A stretch of DNA of 64,000 nt. Source: Eledone cirrhosa. Its lineage: Eukaryota. The number at the start of each line of letters is the position of its first letter. Within the stretch, counting starts at the first letter, position 1. Below are positions 40,331-56,240 of the stretch, in pieces. The position numbers were made by a program, and so were the translations under genes. The notes beneath the pieces are model-generated. The model was not told the origin of the DNA and made no database searches. It saw only the letters and a list, made by a program, of their open reading frames with translations. The stretch lies in NCBI GenBank assembly GCA_964016885.1, contig OZ024752.1:34100001-34164000 (forward strand), given 5' to 3'.

Positions 40331-43300
40331 TAACCCTTTATTTACTGTATTTGTAATGAAAGACACTGTCTATGTGTTTAATTCTTTCATTACTGTATGT
40401 CTATTGAAAGACACTGTCTATGTTTAATACTTTCATTATTGTATGTCTAATGAAAGACACTGATTATGTGTTTAATCCTTTCATTACTGTATGTCTAATG
40501 AAAGACACTGTTTATGTGTTTAATCCTTTCATTACTGTATGTCTAATAAAAGGGACTGTCTATGTGTTTAACCCTTTCATTACTGTAGGTCTAATGAAAG
40601 ACACTGTCTATGTGTTTAACCCTTTCATTACTGTATGTCTAATGAAAGACACTGTCTATGTATTTAATCCTTTCATTACTGTATGTCTAATGAAAGACAC
40701 TGTCTATGTCTTTAACCCTTTCATTACTGTATGTCTAATGAAAGACACTGTCTGTGTTTAACCCTTCCATTACTGTATGTCTAATGAAAGACATTGTCTG
40801 TGTGTTTAACCCTTTCATTACTGTATGTCTAATGAAAGACACTGTCCATGTGTTTAACCCTTTCATTACTGTATGTCTAATGAAAGACACTGTCTATCTG
40901 TTTAACCCTTTCATTACTGTATGTCTAATGAAAGACACAGTCTATGTGTTTAATCCTTTCATTACTGTATGTCTAATGAAAGACACAGTCTATGTGTTTA
41001 ATCCTTTCATTACTGTATGTCTAATGAAAGACACTGTCTATGTGTTTAACCCTTTCATTACTGTATGTCTAATGAAAGACACAGTCTATGTGTTTAACCC
41101 TTTCATTACTGTATGTCTAATGAAAGACACAGTCTATGTGTTTAACCCTTTCATTACTGTATGTCTAATGAAAGACACAGTCTATGTGTTTAATCCTTTC
41201 ATTACTGTATGTCTAATGAAAGCCCTTTCATTACTGTATATCTAATGAAAGACACTGTCTATGTGTTTAATCCTTTCATTACTGTATGTCTAATGAAAGA
41301 CACTGTCTCTGTGTTTAATCCTTTCATTGCTGTATGTCTAATGAAAGACACTGTCTATGTGTTTAACCCTTTCATTACTGTATATCTATTGAAAGACACT
41401 GTCTATGTTGAATCCTTTCATTACTGTATGTCTAATGAAAGACACTGTTTATGTGTTTAATCCTTTCATTACTGTATGTCTAATAAAAGGGACTGTCTAT
41501 GTGTTTAACCCTTTCATTACTGTATGTCTAATGAAAGACACTGTCTATGTGTTTAACCCTTTCATTACTGTATGTCTAATGAAAGACACTGTCTATGTAT
41601 TTAATCCTTTCATTACTGTATGTCAAATGAAAGACACTGTCTATGTCTTTAACCCTTTCATTACTGTATGTCTAATGAAAGACACTGTCTGTGTTTAACC
41701 CTTTCATTACTGTATGTCTAATGAAAGACACAGTCTATGTGTTTAATCCTTTCATTACTGTATGTCTAATGAAAGACACTGTCTATGTGTTTAATCCTTT
41801 CATTGCTGTATGTCTAATGAAAGACACTGTCTATGTGTTTAACCCTTTCATTACTGTATGTCTATTGAAAGACACTGTCTATGTTGAATCCTTTCATTAC
41901 TGTATGTCTAATGAAAGACACAGTCTATGTGTTTAACCCTTTCATTACTGTATGTCTAATGAAAGACACAGTCTATGTGTTTAACCCTTTCATTACTGTA
42001 TGTCTAATGAAAGACACAGTCTATGTGTTTAATCCTTTCATTACTGTATGTCTAATGAAAGCCCTTTCATTACTGTATTTCTAATGAAAGACACTGTCTA
42101 TGTGTTTAATCCTTTCATTACTGTATGTCTAATGAAAGACACTGTCTCTGTGTTTAATCCTTTCATTGCTGTATGTCTAATGAAAGACACTGTCTATATG
42201 TTTAACCCTTTCATTACTGTATGTCTATTGAAAGACACTGTCTATGTTGAATCCTTTCATTACTGTATGTCTAATGAAAGACACTGTTTATGTGTTTAAT
42301 CCTTTCATTACTGTATGTCTAATAAAAGGGACTGTCTATGTGTTTAACCCTTTCATTACTGTATGTCTAATGAAAGACACTGTCTATGTGTTTAACCCTT
42401 TCATTACTGTATGTCTAATGAAAGACACTGTCCATGTATTTAATCCTTTCATTACTGTATGTCAAATGAAAGACACTGTCTATGTCTTTAATCCTTTCAT
42501 TACTGTATGTCTAATGAAAGACACTGTCTGTGTTTAACCCTTTCATTACTGTATGTCTAATGAAAGACACAGTCTATGTGTTTAATCCTTTCATTACTGT
42601 ATGTCTAATGAAAGACACTGTCTATGTGTTTAATCTTTTCATTGCTGTATGTCTAATGAAAGACACTGTCTATGTGTTTAACCCTTTCATTACTGTATGT
42701 CTAATGAAAGACACTGTCGATGTCTTTAACCCTTTCATTACTGTATGTCTAATGAAAGACACTGTCTATGTCTTTAACCCTTTATTTACTGTATTTATAA
42801 TGAAAGATACTGTCTATGTGTTTAATTCTTTCATTACTGTATGTCTATTGAAAGACACTGTCTATGTTTAATACTTTCATTATTGTATGTCTAATGAAAG
42901 ACACTGTTTATGTGTTTAATCCTTTCATTACTGTATGTCTAATGAAAGACACTGTCTGTGTGTTTAACCCTTTCATTACTGTATGTCTAATGAAAGAAAC
43001 TTTCTATGTCTTTAACCCTTTCATTACTGTATGTCTAATGAAAGACACTGTCGATGTCTTTAACCCTTTCATTACTGTATGTCTAATGAAAGACACTGTC
43101 TATGTCTTTAACCCTTTCATTATTGTATGTCTAATGAAAGACACTGATTATGTGTTTAATCCTTTCATTACTGTATGTCTAATGAAAGACACTGTTTATG
43201 TGTTTAATCCTTTCATTACTGTATGTCTAATAAAAGGGACTGTCTATGTGTTTAACCCTTTCATTACTGTAGGTCTAATGAAAGACACTGTCTATGTGTT

Positions 43301-45789
43301 TAACCCTTTCATTACTGTATGTCTAATGAAAGACACTGTCTATGTATTTAATCCTTTCATTACTGTATGTCTAATGAAAGACACTGTCTATGTCTTTAAC
43401 CCTTTCATTACTGTATGTCTAATGAAAGACACTGTCTGTGTTTAACCCTTCCATTACTGTATGTCTAATGAAAGACATTGTCTGTGTGTTTAACCCTTTC
43501 ATTACTGTATGTCTAATGAAAGACACTGTCTGTGTGTTTAACCCTTTCATTACTGTATGTCTAATGAAAGACACAGTCTATGTGTTTAATCCTTTCATTA
43601 CTGTATGTCTAATGAAAGACACAGTCTATGTGTTTAACCCTTTTATTACTGTATGTCTAATGAAAGACACAGTCTATGTGTTTAACCCTTTCATTACTGT
43701 ATGTCTAATGAAAGACACTGTCTATGTGTTTAACCCTTTCATTACTGTATGTCTAATGAAAGACACTGTCTATGTGTTTAACCCTTTCATTACTGTATGT
43801 CTAATGAAAGACACAGTCTATGTGTTTAATCCTTTCATTACTGTATGTCTAATGAAAGACACAGTCTATGTGTTTAATCCTTTCATTACTGTATGTCTAA
43901 TGAAAGACACTGTCTATGTGTTTAACCCTTTCATTACTGTATGTCTAATGAAAGACACAGTCTATGTGTTTAACCCTTTCATTACAGTATGTCTAATGAA
44001 AGACACAGTCTATGTGTTTAACCCTTTCATTACTGTATGTCTAATGAAAGACACAGTCTATGTGTTTAATCCTTTCATTACTGTATGTCTAATGAAAGCC
44101 CTTTCATTACTGTATTTCTAATGAAAGACACTGTCTATGTGTTTAATCCTTTCAATGCTGTATGTCTAATGAAAGACACTGTCTATGTGTTTAACCCTTT
44201 CATTACTGTATGTCTATTGAAAGACACTGTCTATGTTGAATCCATTCATTACTGTATGTCTAATGAAAGACACTGTTTATGTGTTTAATCCTTTCATTAC
44301 TGTATGTCTAATAAAAGGGACTGTCTATGTCTTTAACCCTTTCATTACTGTATGTCTAACGAAAGACTGTCTGTGTTTAACCCTTCCATTACTGTATGTC
44401 TAATGAAAGACACTGTCTATGTGTTTAACCCTTTTATTACTGTATGTCTAATGAAAGACACTGTCTATGTGTTTAACCCTTTCATTATTGTATGTCTAAT
44501 GAAAGACACTGTCTATCTGTTTAACCCTTTCATTACTGTATGTCTAATGAAAGACACAGTCTATGTGTTTAACCCTTTCATTACTGTATGTCTAATGAAA
44601 GACACTGTCTATGTGTTTAACCCTTTCATTACTGTATGTCTAATGAAAGACACTGTCTATCTGTTTAACCCTTTCATTACTGTATGTCTAATGAAAGACA
44701 CAGTCTATGTGTTTAATCCTTTCATTACTGTATGTCTAATGAAAGACACAGTCTATGTGTTTAATCCTTTCATTACTGTATGTCTAATGAAAGACACTGT
44801 CTATGTGTTTAACCCTTTCATTACTGTATGTCTAATGAAAGACACAGTCTATGTGTTTAACCCTTTCATTACTGTATGTCTAATGAAAGACACAGTTTAT
44901 GTGTTTAATCCTTTCATTACTGTATGTCTAATGAAAGCCCTTTCATTACTGTATTTCTAATGAAAGACACTGTCTATGTGTTTAATCATTTCATTACTGT
45001 ATGTCTAATGAAAGACACTGTCTCTGTGTTTAATCCTTTCATTGCTGTATGTCTAATGAAAGACACTGTCTATGTGTTTAACCCTTTCATTACTGTATGT
45101 CTATTGAAAGACACTGTCTATGTTGAATCCTTTCATTACTGTATGTCTAATGAAAGACACTGTTTATGTGTTTAATCCTTTCATTACTGTATGTCTAATA
45201 AAAGGGACTGTCTATGTGTTTAACCCTTTCATTACTGTATGTCTAATGAAAGACACTGTCTATGTGTTTAACCCTTTCATTACTGTATGTCTAATGAAAG
45301 ACACTGTCTATGTATTTAATCCTTTCATTACTGTATGTCAAATGAAAGACACTGTCTATGTCTTTAACCCTTTCATTACTGTATGTCTAATGAAAGACAC
45401 TGTCTGTGTTTAACCCTTTCATTACTGTATGTCTAATGAAAGACACAGTCTATGTGTTTAATCCTTTCATTACTGTATGTCTAATGAAAGACACTGTCTA
45501 TGTGTTTAATCCTTTCATTGCTGTATGTCTAATGAAAGACACTGTCTATGTGTTTAACCCTTTCATTACTGTATGTCTATTGAAAGACACTGTCTATGTA
45601 TTTAATCCTTTCATTACTGTATGAATAATGAAAGACACTGTCTATGTGTTTAACCCTTTCATTACTGTATGTCTAATGAAAGACACTGTCTATGTCTTTA
45701 ACCCTTTCATTACTGTATGTCTAATAAAAGGGACTGTCTATGTGTTTAACCCTTTCATTACTGTATGTCTAATGAAAGACACTGTCTAT

Positions 45790-48500
45790 GTATTTAATCC
45801 TTTCATTACTGTATGAATAATGAAAGACACTGTCTATGTGTTTAACCCTTTCATTACTGTATGTCTAATGAAAGACACTGTCTATGTCTTTAACCCTTTC
45901 ATTACTGTATGTTTAATGAAAGACACTGTCTGTGTTTAACCCTTTCATTACTGTATGTCTAATGAAAGACACTGTCTATGTGTTTAATCCTTTCATTACT
46001 GTATGTCTAATGAAAGACACTGTCTATGTCTTTAACCCTTTCATTACTGTATGTCTAATGAAAGACACTGTCTATGTGTTTAACACTTTCATTACTGTAT
46101 GTCTAATGAAAGACACTGTCTATGTGTTTTACCATTTCATTACTGTATGTCTAATGAAAGACACTGTCTATGTCTTTAACCCTTTATTTACTGTATTTGT
46201 AATGAAAGACACTCTCTATGTGTTTAATCCTTTCATTACTGTATGTCTAATGAAAGACACTGTCTATGGGTTTAACCCTTTCATTACTGTATGTCTAATG
46301 AAAGAAACTGTCTATGTCTTTAACCCTTTCATTACTGTATGTCTAATGAAAGACACTGTCTATGTCTTTAACCCTTTCATTACTGTATGTCTAATGAAAG
46401 ACACTGTCTATGTCTTTAACCCTTTCATTACTGTATGTCTATTGAAAAACACTGTCTGTGTTTAACCCTTTCATTACTGTATGTCTAATGAAAGACATTG
46501 TCTGTGTGTTTAACCCTTTCATTACTGTATGTCTAATGAAAGACACTGTCTATGTGTTTAACCCTTTCATTACTGTATGTCTATTGAAAGACACTGTCTA
46601 TGTTGAATCCATTCATTACTGTATGTCTAATGAAAGACACTGTTTATGTGTTTAATCCTTTCATTACTGTATGTCTAATAAAAGGGACTGTCTATGTCTT
46701 TAACCCTTTCATTACTGTATGTCTAATGAAAGACACTGTCTGTGTTTAACCCTTCCATTACTGTATGTCTAATGAAAGACATTGTCTGTGTGTTTAACCC
46801 TTTCATTACTGTATGTCTAATGAAAGACACTGTCTGTGTGTTTAACCCTTTCATTACTGTATGTCTAATGAAAGACACAGTCTATGTGTTTAATCCTTTC
46901 ATTACTGTATGTCTAATGAAAGACACAGTCTATGTGTTTAACCCTTTTATTACTGTATGTCTAATGAAAGACACAGTCTATGTGTTTAACCCTTTCATTA
47001 CTGTATGTCTAATGAAAGACACTGTCTATGTGTTTAACCCTTTCATTACTGTATGTCTAATGAAAGACACTGTCTATCTGTTTAACCCTTTCATTACTGT
47101 ATGTCTAATGAAAGACACAGTCTATGTGTTTAATCCTTTCATTACTGTATGTCTAATGAAAGACACAGTCTATGTGTTTAATCCTTTCATTACTGTATGT
47201 CTAATGAAAGACACTGTCTATGTGTTTAACCCTTTCATTACTGTATGTCTAATGAAAGACACAGTCTATGTGTTTAACCCTTTCATTACTGTATGTCTAA
47301 TGAAAGACACAGTTTATGTGTTTAACCCTTTCATTACTGTATGTCTAATGAAAGACACAGTCTATGTGTTTAATCCTTTCATTACTGTATGTCTAATGAA
47401 AGCCCTTTCATTACTGTATTTCTAATGAAAGACACTGTCTATGTGTTTAATCCTTTCATTACTGTATGTCTAATGAAAGACACTGTCCCTGTGTTTAATC
47501 CTTTCATTGCTGTATGTCTAATGAAAGACACTGTCTATGTGTTTAACCCTTTCATTACTGTATGTCTATTGAAAGACACTGTCTATGTTGAATCCTTTCA
47601 TTACTGTATGTCTAATGAAAGACACTGTTTATGTGTTTAATCCTTTCATTACTGTATGTCTAATAAAAGGGACTGTCTATGTGTTTAACCCTTTCATTAC
47701 TGTATGTCTAATGAAAGACACTGTCTATGTGTTTAACCCTTTCATTACTGTATGTCTAATGAAAGACACTGTCTATGTATTTAATCCTTTCATTACTGTA
47801 TGTCAAATGAAAGACACTGTCTATGTCTTTAACCCTTTCATTACTGTATGTCTAATGAAAGACACTGTCTGTGTTTAACCCTTTCATTACTGTATGTCTA
47901 ATGAAAGACACAGTCTATGTGTTTAATCCTTTCATTACTGTATGTCTAATGAAAGACACTGTCTATGTGTTTAATACTTTCATTGCTGTATGTCTAATGA
48001 AAGACACTGTCTATGTGTTTAACCCTTTCATTACTGTATGTCTATTGAAAGACACTGTCTATGTTGAATCCTTTCATTACTGTATGTCTAATGAAAGACA
48101 CAGTCTATGTGTTTAACCCTTTCATTACTGTATGTCTAATGAAAGACACAGTCTATGTGTTTAACCCTTTCATTACTGTATGTCTAATGAAAGACACAGT
48201 CTATGTGTTTAATCCTTTCATTACTGTATGTCTAATGAAAGCCCTTTCATTACTGTATTTCTAATGAAAGACACTGTCTATGTGTTTAATCCTTTCATTA
48301 CTGTATGTCTAATGAAAGACACTGTCTCTGTGTTTAATCCTTTCATTGCTGTATGTCTAATGAAAGACACTGTCTATATGTTTAACCCTTTCATTACTGT
48401 ATGTCTATTGAAAGACACTGTCTATGTTGAATCCTTTCATTACTGTATGTCTAATGAAAGACACTGTTTATGTGTTTAATCCTTTCATTACTGTATGTCT
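45790..48500 (+). repeat. ~2.7-kb block duplicated at offset 3045, then 2997 after a one-monomer loss (~48835-51500)
   Basis: ORF starts 45932/48977, 46458/49503, 46742/49787 and 47389/50434 (3045); 47871/50868 and 48228/51225 (2997). Variant GTCCCT seen only at ~47486 and ~50531. Confidence 0.87.
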
Positions 48501-51500
48501 AATAAAAGACACAGTCTATGTGTTTAACCCTTTCATTACTGTATGTCTAATGAAAGACACAGTCTATGTGTTTAATCCTTTCATTACTGTATGTCTAATG
48601 AAAGCCCTTTCATTACTGTATGTCTAATGAAAGACACTGTCTGTGTTTAACCCTTCCATTACTGTATGTCTAATGAAAGACATTGTCTGTGTGTTTAACC
48701 CTTTCATTACTGTATGTCTAATGAAAGACACTGTCTATGTGTTTAATCCTTTCATTGCTGTATGTCTAATGAAAGACACTGTCTATGTGATTAACCCTTT
48801 CATTACTGTATGTCTATTGAAAGACACTGTCTATGTATTTAATCCTTTCATTACTGTATGAATAATGAAAGACACTGTCTATGTGTTTAACCCTTTCATT
48901 ACTGTATGTCTAATGAAAGACACTGTCTATGTCTTTAACCCTTTCATTACTGTATGTTTAATGAAAGACACTGTCTGTGTTTAACCCTTTCATTACTGTA
49001 TGTCTAATGAAAGACACTGTCTATGTGTTTAATCCTTTCATTACTGTATGTCTAATGAAAGACACTGTCTATGTCTTTAACCCTTTCATTACTGTATGTC
49101 TAATGAAAGACACTGTCTATGTGTTTAACACTTTCATTACTGTATGTCTAATGAAAGACACTGTCTATGTGTTTTACCATTTCATTACTGTATGTCTAAT
49201 GAAAGACACTGTCTATGTCTTTAACCCTTTATTTACTGTATTTGTAATGAAAGACACTTTCTATGTGTTTAATCCTTTCATTACTGTATGTCTAATGAAA
49301 GACACTGTCTATGGGTTTAACCCTTTCATTACTGTATGTCTAATGAAAGAAACTGTCTATGTCTTTAACCCTTTCATTACTGTATGTCTAATGAAAGACA
49401 CTGTCTATGTCTTTAACCCTTTCATTACTGTATGTCTAATGAAAGACACTGTCTATGTCTTTAACCCTTTCATTACTGTATGTCTATTGAAAAACACTGT
49501 CTGTGTTTAACCCTTTCATTACTGTATGTCTAATGAAAGACATTGTCTGTGTGTTTAACCCTTTCATTACTGTATGTCTAATGAAAGACACTGTCTATGT
49601 GTTTAACCCTTTCATTACTATATGTCTATTGAAAGACACTGTCTATGTTGAATCCATTCATTACTGTATGTCTAATGAAAGACACTGTTTATGTGTTTAA
49701 TCCTTTCATTACTGTATGTCTAATAAAAGGGACTGTCTATGTCTTTAACCCTTTCATTACTGTATGTCTAATGAAAGACACTGTCTGTGTTTAACCCTTC
49801 CATTACTGTATGTCTAATGAAAGACATTGTCTGTGTGTTTAACCCTTTCATTACTGTATGTCTAATGAAAGACACTGTCTGTGTGTTTAACCCTTTCATT
49901 ACTGTATGTCTAATGAAAGACACAGTCTATGTGTTTAATCCTTTCATTACTGTATGTCTAATGAAAGACACAGTCTATGTGTTTAACCCTTTTATTACTG
50001 TATGTCTAATGAAAGACACAGTCTATGTGTTTAACCCTTTCATTACTGTATGTCTAATGAAAGACACTGTCTATGTGTTTAACCCTTTCATTACTGTATG
50101 TCTAATGAAAGACACTGTCTATCTGTTTAACCCTTTCATTACTGTATGTCTAATGAAAGACACAGTCTATGTGTTTAATCCTTTCATTACTGTATGTCTA
50201 ATGAAAGACACAGTCTATGTGTTTAATCCTTTCATTACTGTATGTCTAATGAAAGACACTGTCTATGTGTTTAACCCTTTCATTACTGTATGTCTAATGA
50301 AAGACACAGTCTATGTGTTTAACCCTTTCATTACTGTATGTCTAATGAAAGACACAGTCTATGTGTTTAACCCTTTCATTACTGTATGTCTAATGAAAGA
50401 CACAGTCTATGTGTTTAATCCTTTCATTACTGTATGTCTAATGAAAGCCCTTTCATTACTGTATTTCTAATGAAAGACACTGTCTATGTGTTTAATCCTT
50501 TCATTACTGTATGTCTAATGAAAGACACTGTCCCTGTGTTTAATCCTTTCATTGCTGTATGTCTAATGAAAGACACTGTCTATGTGTTTAACCCTTTCAT
50601 TACTGTATGTCTATTGAAAGACACTGTCTATGTTGAATCCTTTCATTACTGTATGTCTAATGAAAGACACTGTTTATGTGTTTAATCCTTTCATTACTGT
50701 ATGTCTAATGAAAGACACTGTCTATGTGTTTAACCCTTTCATTACTGTATGTCTAATGAAAGACACTGTCTATGTATTTAATCCTTTCATTACTGTATGT
50801 CAAATGAAAGACACTGTCTATGTCTTTAACCCTTTCATTACTGTATGTCTAATGAAAGACACTGTCTGTGTTTAACCCTTTCATTACTGTATGTCTAATG
50901 AAAGACACAGTCTATGTGTTTAATCCTTTCATTACTGTATGTCTAATGAAAGACACTGTCTATGTGTTTAATACTTTCATTGCTGTATGTCTAATGAAAG
51001 ACACTGTCTATGTGTTTAACCCTTTCATTACTGTATGTCTATTGAAAGACACTGTCTATGTTGAATCCTTTCATTACTGTATGTCTAATGAAAGACACAG
51101 TCTATGTGTTTAACCCTTTCATTACTGTATGTCTAATGAAAGACACAGTCTATGTGTTTAACCCTTTCATTACTGTATGTCTAATGAAAGACACAGTCTA
51201 TGTGTTTAATCCTTTCATTACTGTATGTCTAATGAAAGCCCTTTCATTACTGTATTTCTAATGAAAGACACTGTCTATGTGTTTAATCCTTTCATTACTG
51301 TATGTCTAATGAAAGACACTGTCTCTGTGTTTAATCCTTTCATTGCTGTATGTCTAATGAAAGACACTGTCTATATGTTTAACCCTTTCATTACTGTATG
51401 TCTGTTGAAAGACACTGTCTATGTTGAATCCTTTCATTACTGTATGTCTAATGAAAGACACTGTTTATGTGTTTAATCCTTTCATTACTGTATGTCTAAT

Positions 51501-53029
51501 AAAAGGGACTGTCTATGTGTTTAACCCTTTCATTACTGTATGTCTAATGAAAGACACTGTCTATGTGTTTAACCCTTTCATTACTGTATGTCTAATGAAA
51601 GACACTGTCTATGTATTTAATCCTTTCATTACTGTATGTCAAATGAAAGACACTGTCTATGTCTTTAACCCTTTCATTACTGTATGTCTAATGAAAGACA
51701 CTGTCTGTGTTTAACCCTTTCATTACTGTATGTCTAATGAAAGACACAGTCTATGTGTTTAATCCTTTCATTACTGTATGTCTAATGAAAGACACTGTCT
51801 ATGTGTTTAATCCTTTCATTGCTGTATGTCTAATGAAAGACACTGTCTATGTGTTTAACCCTTTCATTACTGTATGTCTAATGAAAGACACTGTCGATGT
51901 CTTTAACCCTTTCATTACTGTATGTCTAATGAAAGACACTGTCTATGTCTTTAACCCTTTATTTACTGTATTTATAATGAAAGATACTGTCTATGTGTTT
52001 AATTCTTTCATTACTGTATGTATATTGAAAGACACTGTCTATGTTTAATACTTTCATTATTGTATGTCTAATGAAAGACACTGTTTATGTGTTTAATCCT
52101 TTCATTACTTTATGTCTAATGAAAGACACTGTCTGTGTGTTTAACCCTTTCATTACTGTATGTCTAATGAAAGAAACTTTCTATGTCTTTAACCCTTTCA
52201 TTACTGTATGTCTAATGAAAGACACTGTCGATGTCTTTAACCCTTTCATTACTGTATGTCTAATGAAAGACACTGTCTATGTCTTTAACCCTTTATTTAC
52301 TGTATTTGTAATGAAAGACACTGTCTATGTGTTTAATTCTTTCATTACTGTATGTCTATTGAAAGACACTGTCTATGTTTAATACTTTCATTATTGTATG
52401 TCTAATGAAAGACACTGATTATGTGTTTAATCCTTTCATTACTGTATGTCTAATGAAAGACACTGTTTATGTGTTTAATCCTTTCATTACTGTATGTCTA
52501 ATAAAAGGGACTGTCTATGTGTTTAACCCTTTCATTACTGTAGGTCTAATGAAAGACACTGTCTATGTGTTTAACCCTTTCATTACTGTATGTCTAATGA
52601 AAGACACTGTCTATGTATTTAATCCTTTCATTACTGTATGTCTAATGAAAGACACTGTCTATGTCTTTAACCCTTTCATTACTGTATGTCTAATGAAAGA
52701 CACTGTCTGTGTTTAACCCTTCCATTACTGTATGTCTAATGAAAGACACAGTCTATGTGTTTAACCCTTTCATTACTGTATGTCTAATGAAAGACACTGT
52801 CTATGTGTTTAACCCTTTCATTACTGTATGTCTAATGAAAGACACTGTCTGTGTGTTTAACCCTTTCATTACTGTATGTCTAATGAAAGACACAGTCTAT
52901 GTGTTTAATCCTTTCATTACTGTATGTCTAATGAAAGACACAGTCTATGTGTTTAACCCTTTTATTACTGTATGTCTAATGAAAGACACAGTCTGTGTTT
53001 AACCCTTTCATTACTGTATGTCTAATGAA

Positions 53030-56000
53030 AGACACTGTCTATGTGTTTAACCCTTTCATTACTGTATGTCTAATGAAAGACACTGTCTATGTGTTTAACC
53101 CTTTCATTACTGTATGTCTAATGAAAGACACAGTCTATGTGTTTAATCCTTTCATTACTGTATGTCTAATGAAAGACACAGTCTATGTGTTTAATCCTTT
53201 CATTACTGTATGTCTAATGAAAGACACTGTCTATGTGTTTAACCCTTTCATTACTGTATGTCTAATGAAAGACACAGTCTATGTGTTTAACCCTTTCATT
53301 ACAGTATGTCTAATGAAAGACACAGTCTATGTGTTTAACCCTTTCATTACTGTATGTCTAATGAAAGACACAGTCTATGTGTTTAATCCTTTCATTACTG
53401 TATGTCTAATGAAAGCCCTTTCATTACTGTATTTCTAATGAAAGACACTGTCTATGTGTTTAATCCTTTCATTACTGTATGTCTAATGAAAGACACTGTC
53501 TCTGTGTTTAATCCTTTCATTGCTGTATATCTAATGAAAGACACTGTCTATGTGTTTAACCCTTTCATTACTGTATGTCTATTGAAAGACACTGTCTATG
53601 TTGAATCCATTCATTACTGTATGTCTAATGAAAGACACTGTTTATGTGTTTAATCCTTTCATTACTGTATGTCTAATAAAAGGGACTGTCTATGTCTTTA
53701 ACCCTTTCATTACTGTATGTCTAATGAAAGACACTGTCTGTGTTTAACCCTTCCATTACTGTATGTCTAATGAAAGACACTGTCTATCTGTTTAACCCTT
53801 TCATTACTGTATGTCTAATGAAAGACACAGTCTATGTGTTTAATCCTTTCATTACTGTATGTCTAATGAAAGACACAGTCTATGTGTTTAATCCTTTCAT
53901 TACTGTATGTCTAATGAAAGACACTGTCTATGTGTTTAACCCTTTCATTACTGTATGTCTAATGAAAGACACAGTCTATGTGTTTAACCCTTTCATTACT
54001 GTATGTCTAATGAAAGACACAGTCTATGTGTTTAACCCTTTCATTACTGTATGTCTAATGAAAGACACAGTCTATGTGTTTAATCCTTTCATTACTGTAT
54101 GTCTAATGAAAGCCCTTTCATTACTGTATTTCTAATGAAAGACACTGTCTATGTGTTTAAACCTTTCATTACTGTATGTCTAATGAAAGACACTGTCTCT
54201 GTGTTTAATCCTTTCATTGCTGTATGTCTAATGAAAGACACTGTCTATGTGTTTAACCCTTTCATTACTGTATGTCTATTGAAAGACACTGTCTATGTTG
54301 AATCCTTTCATTACTGTATGTCTAATGAAAGACACTGTTTATGTGTTTAATCCTTTCATTACTGTATGTCTAATAAAAGGGACTGTCTATGTGTTTAACC
54401 CTTTCATTACTGTATGTCTAATGAAAGACACTGTCTATGTGTTTAACCCTTTCATTACTGTATGTCTAATGAAAGACACTGTCTATGTATTTAATCCTTT
54501 CATTACTGTATGTCAAATGAAAGACACTGTCTATGTCTTTAACCCTTTCATTACTGTATGTCTAATGAAAGACACTGTCTGTGTTTAACCCTTTCATTAC
54601 TGTATGTCTAATGAAAGACACAGTCTATGTGTTTAATCCTTTCATTACTGTATGTCTAATGAAAGACACTGTCTATGTGTTTAATCCTTTCATTGCTGTA
54701 TGTCTAATGAAAGACACTGTCTATGTGTTTAACCCTTTCATTACTGTATGTCTATTGAAAGACACTGTCTATGTTGAATCCTTTCATTACTGTATGTCTA
54801 ATGAAAGACACTGTTTATGTGTTTAATCCTTTCATTACTGTATGTCTAATAAAAGGGACTGTCTATGTGTTTAACCCTTTCATTACTGTATGTCTAATGA
54901 AAGACACTGTCTATGTATTTAATCCTTTCATTACTGTATGAATAATGAAAGACACTGTCTTTGTGTTTAACCCTTTCATTACTGTATGTCTAATGAAAGA
55001 CACTGTCTATGTCTTTAACCCTTTCATTACTGTATGTCTAATGAAAGACACTGTCTGTGTTTAACCCTTTCATTACTGTATGTCTAATGAAAGACACTGT
55101 CTATGTGTTTAATCCTTTCATTACTGTATATCTAATGAAAGACACTGTCTATGTCTTTAACCCTTTCATTACTGTATGTCTAATGAAAGACACTGTCTAT
55201 GTGTTTAACACTTTCATTACTGTATGTCTAATGAAAGACACTGTCTATGTGTTTTACCATTTCATTACTGTATGTCTAATATAAGACACTGTCTATGTCT
55301 TTAACCCTTTATTTACTGTATTTGTAATGAAAGACACTGTCTATGTGTTTAATCCTTTCATTACTGTATGTCTTATGAAAGACACTGTCTATGGGTTTAA
55401 CCCTTTCATTACTGTATGTCTAATGAAAGAAACTGTCTATGTCTTTAACCCTTTCATTACTGTATGTCTAATGAAAGACACTGTCTATGTCTTTAACCCT
55501 TTCATTACTGTATGTCTAATGAAAGACACTGTCTATGTATTTAATCCTTTCATTACTGTATGTCTAATGAAAGACACTGTCTATGTCTTTAACACTTTCA
55601 TTACTGTATGTCCATTGAAAAACACTGTCTGTGTTTAACCCTTTCATTACTGTATGTCTAATGAAAGACATTGTCTGTGTGTTTAACCCTTTCATTACTG
55701 TATGTCTAATGAAAGACACTGTCTATGTGTTTAACCCTTTCATTACTGTATGTCTATTGAAAGACACTGTCTATGTTGAATCCATTCATTACTGTATGTC
55801 TAATGAAAGACACTGTTTATGTGTTTAATCCTTTCATTACTGTATGTCTAATAAAAGGGACTGTCTATGTCTTTAACCCTTTCATTACTGTATGTCTAAT
55901 GAAAGACACTGTCTGTGTTTAACCCTTCCATTACTGTATGTCTAATGAAAGACATTGTCTGTGTGTTTAACCCTTTCATTACTGTATGTCTAATGAAAGA

Positions 56001-56240
56001 CACTGTCTGTGTGTTTAACCCTTTCATTACTGTATGTCTAATGAAAGACACAGTCTATGTGTTTAATCCTGTCATTACTGTATGTCTAATGAAAGACACA
56101 GTCTATGTGTTTAACCCTTTTATTACTGTATGTCTAATGAAAGACACAGTCTATGTGTTTAACCCTTTCATTACTGTATGTCTAATGAAAGACACTGTCT
56201 ATGTGTTTAACCCTTTCATTACTGTATGTCTAATGAAAGA
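53030..56240 (+). repeat. ~3.2-kb block duplicated at offset 5053 (~58080-61290), with an internal ~1.5-kb part also copied at offset 1893
   Basis: ORF starts 53402/58455, 53740/58793, 54099/59152, 54581/59634, 55057/60110 and 55915/60968 differ by 5053; 55057/56950, 55631/57524 and 55915/57808 differ by 1893. Shared local variants AATATAAG, TCTTTGTG, GTCCATTG. Confidence 0.88.

Noticed and set aside
44085-44924. Apparent additional 839-bp higher-order unit
   Set aside because: The spacing equals 839 but the internal variant order differs from the 18-mer at 38431-39270, so the match in length is probably coincidental.
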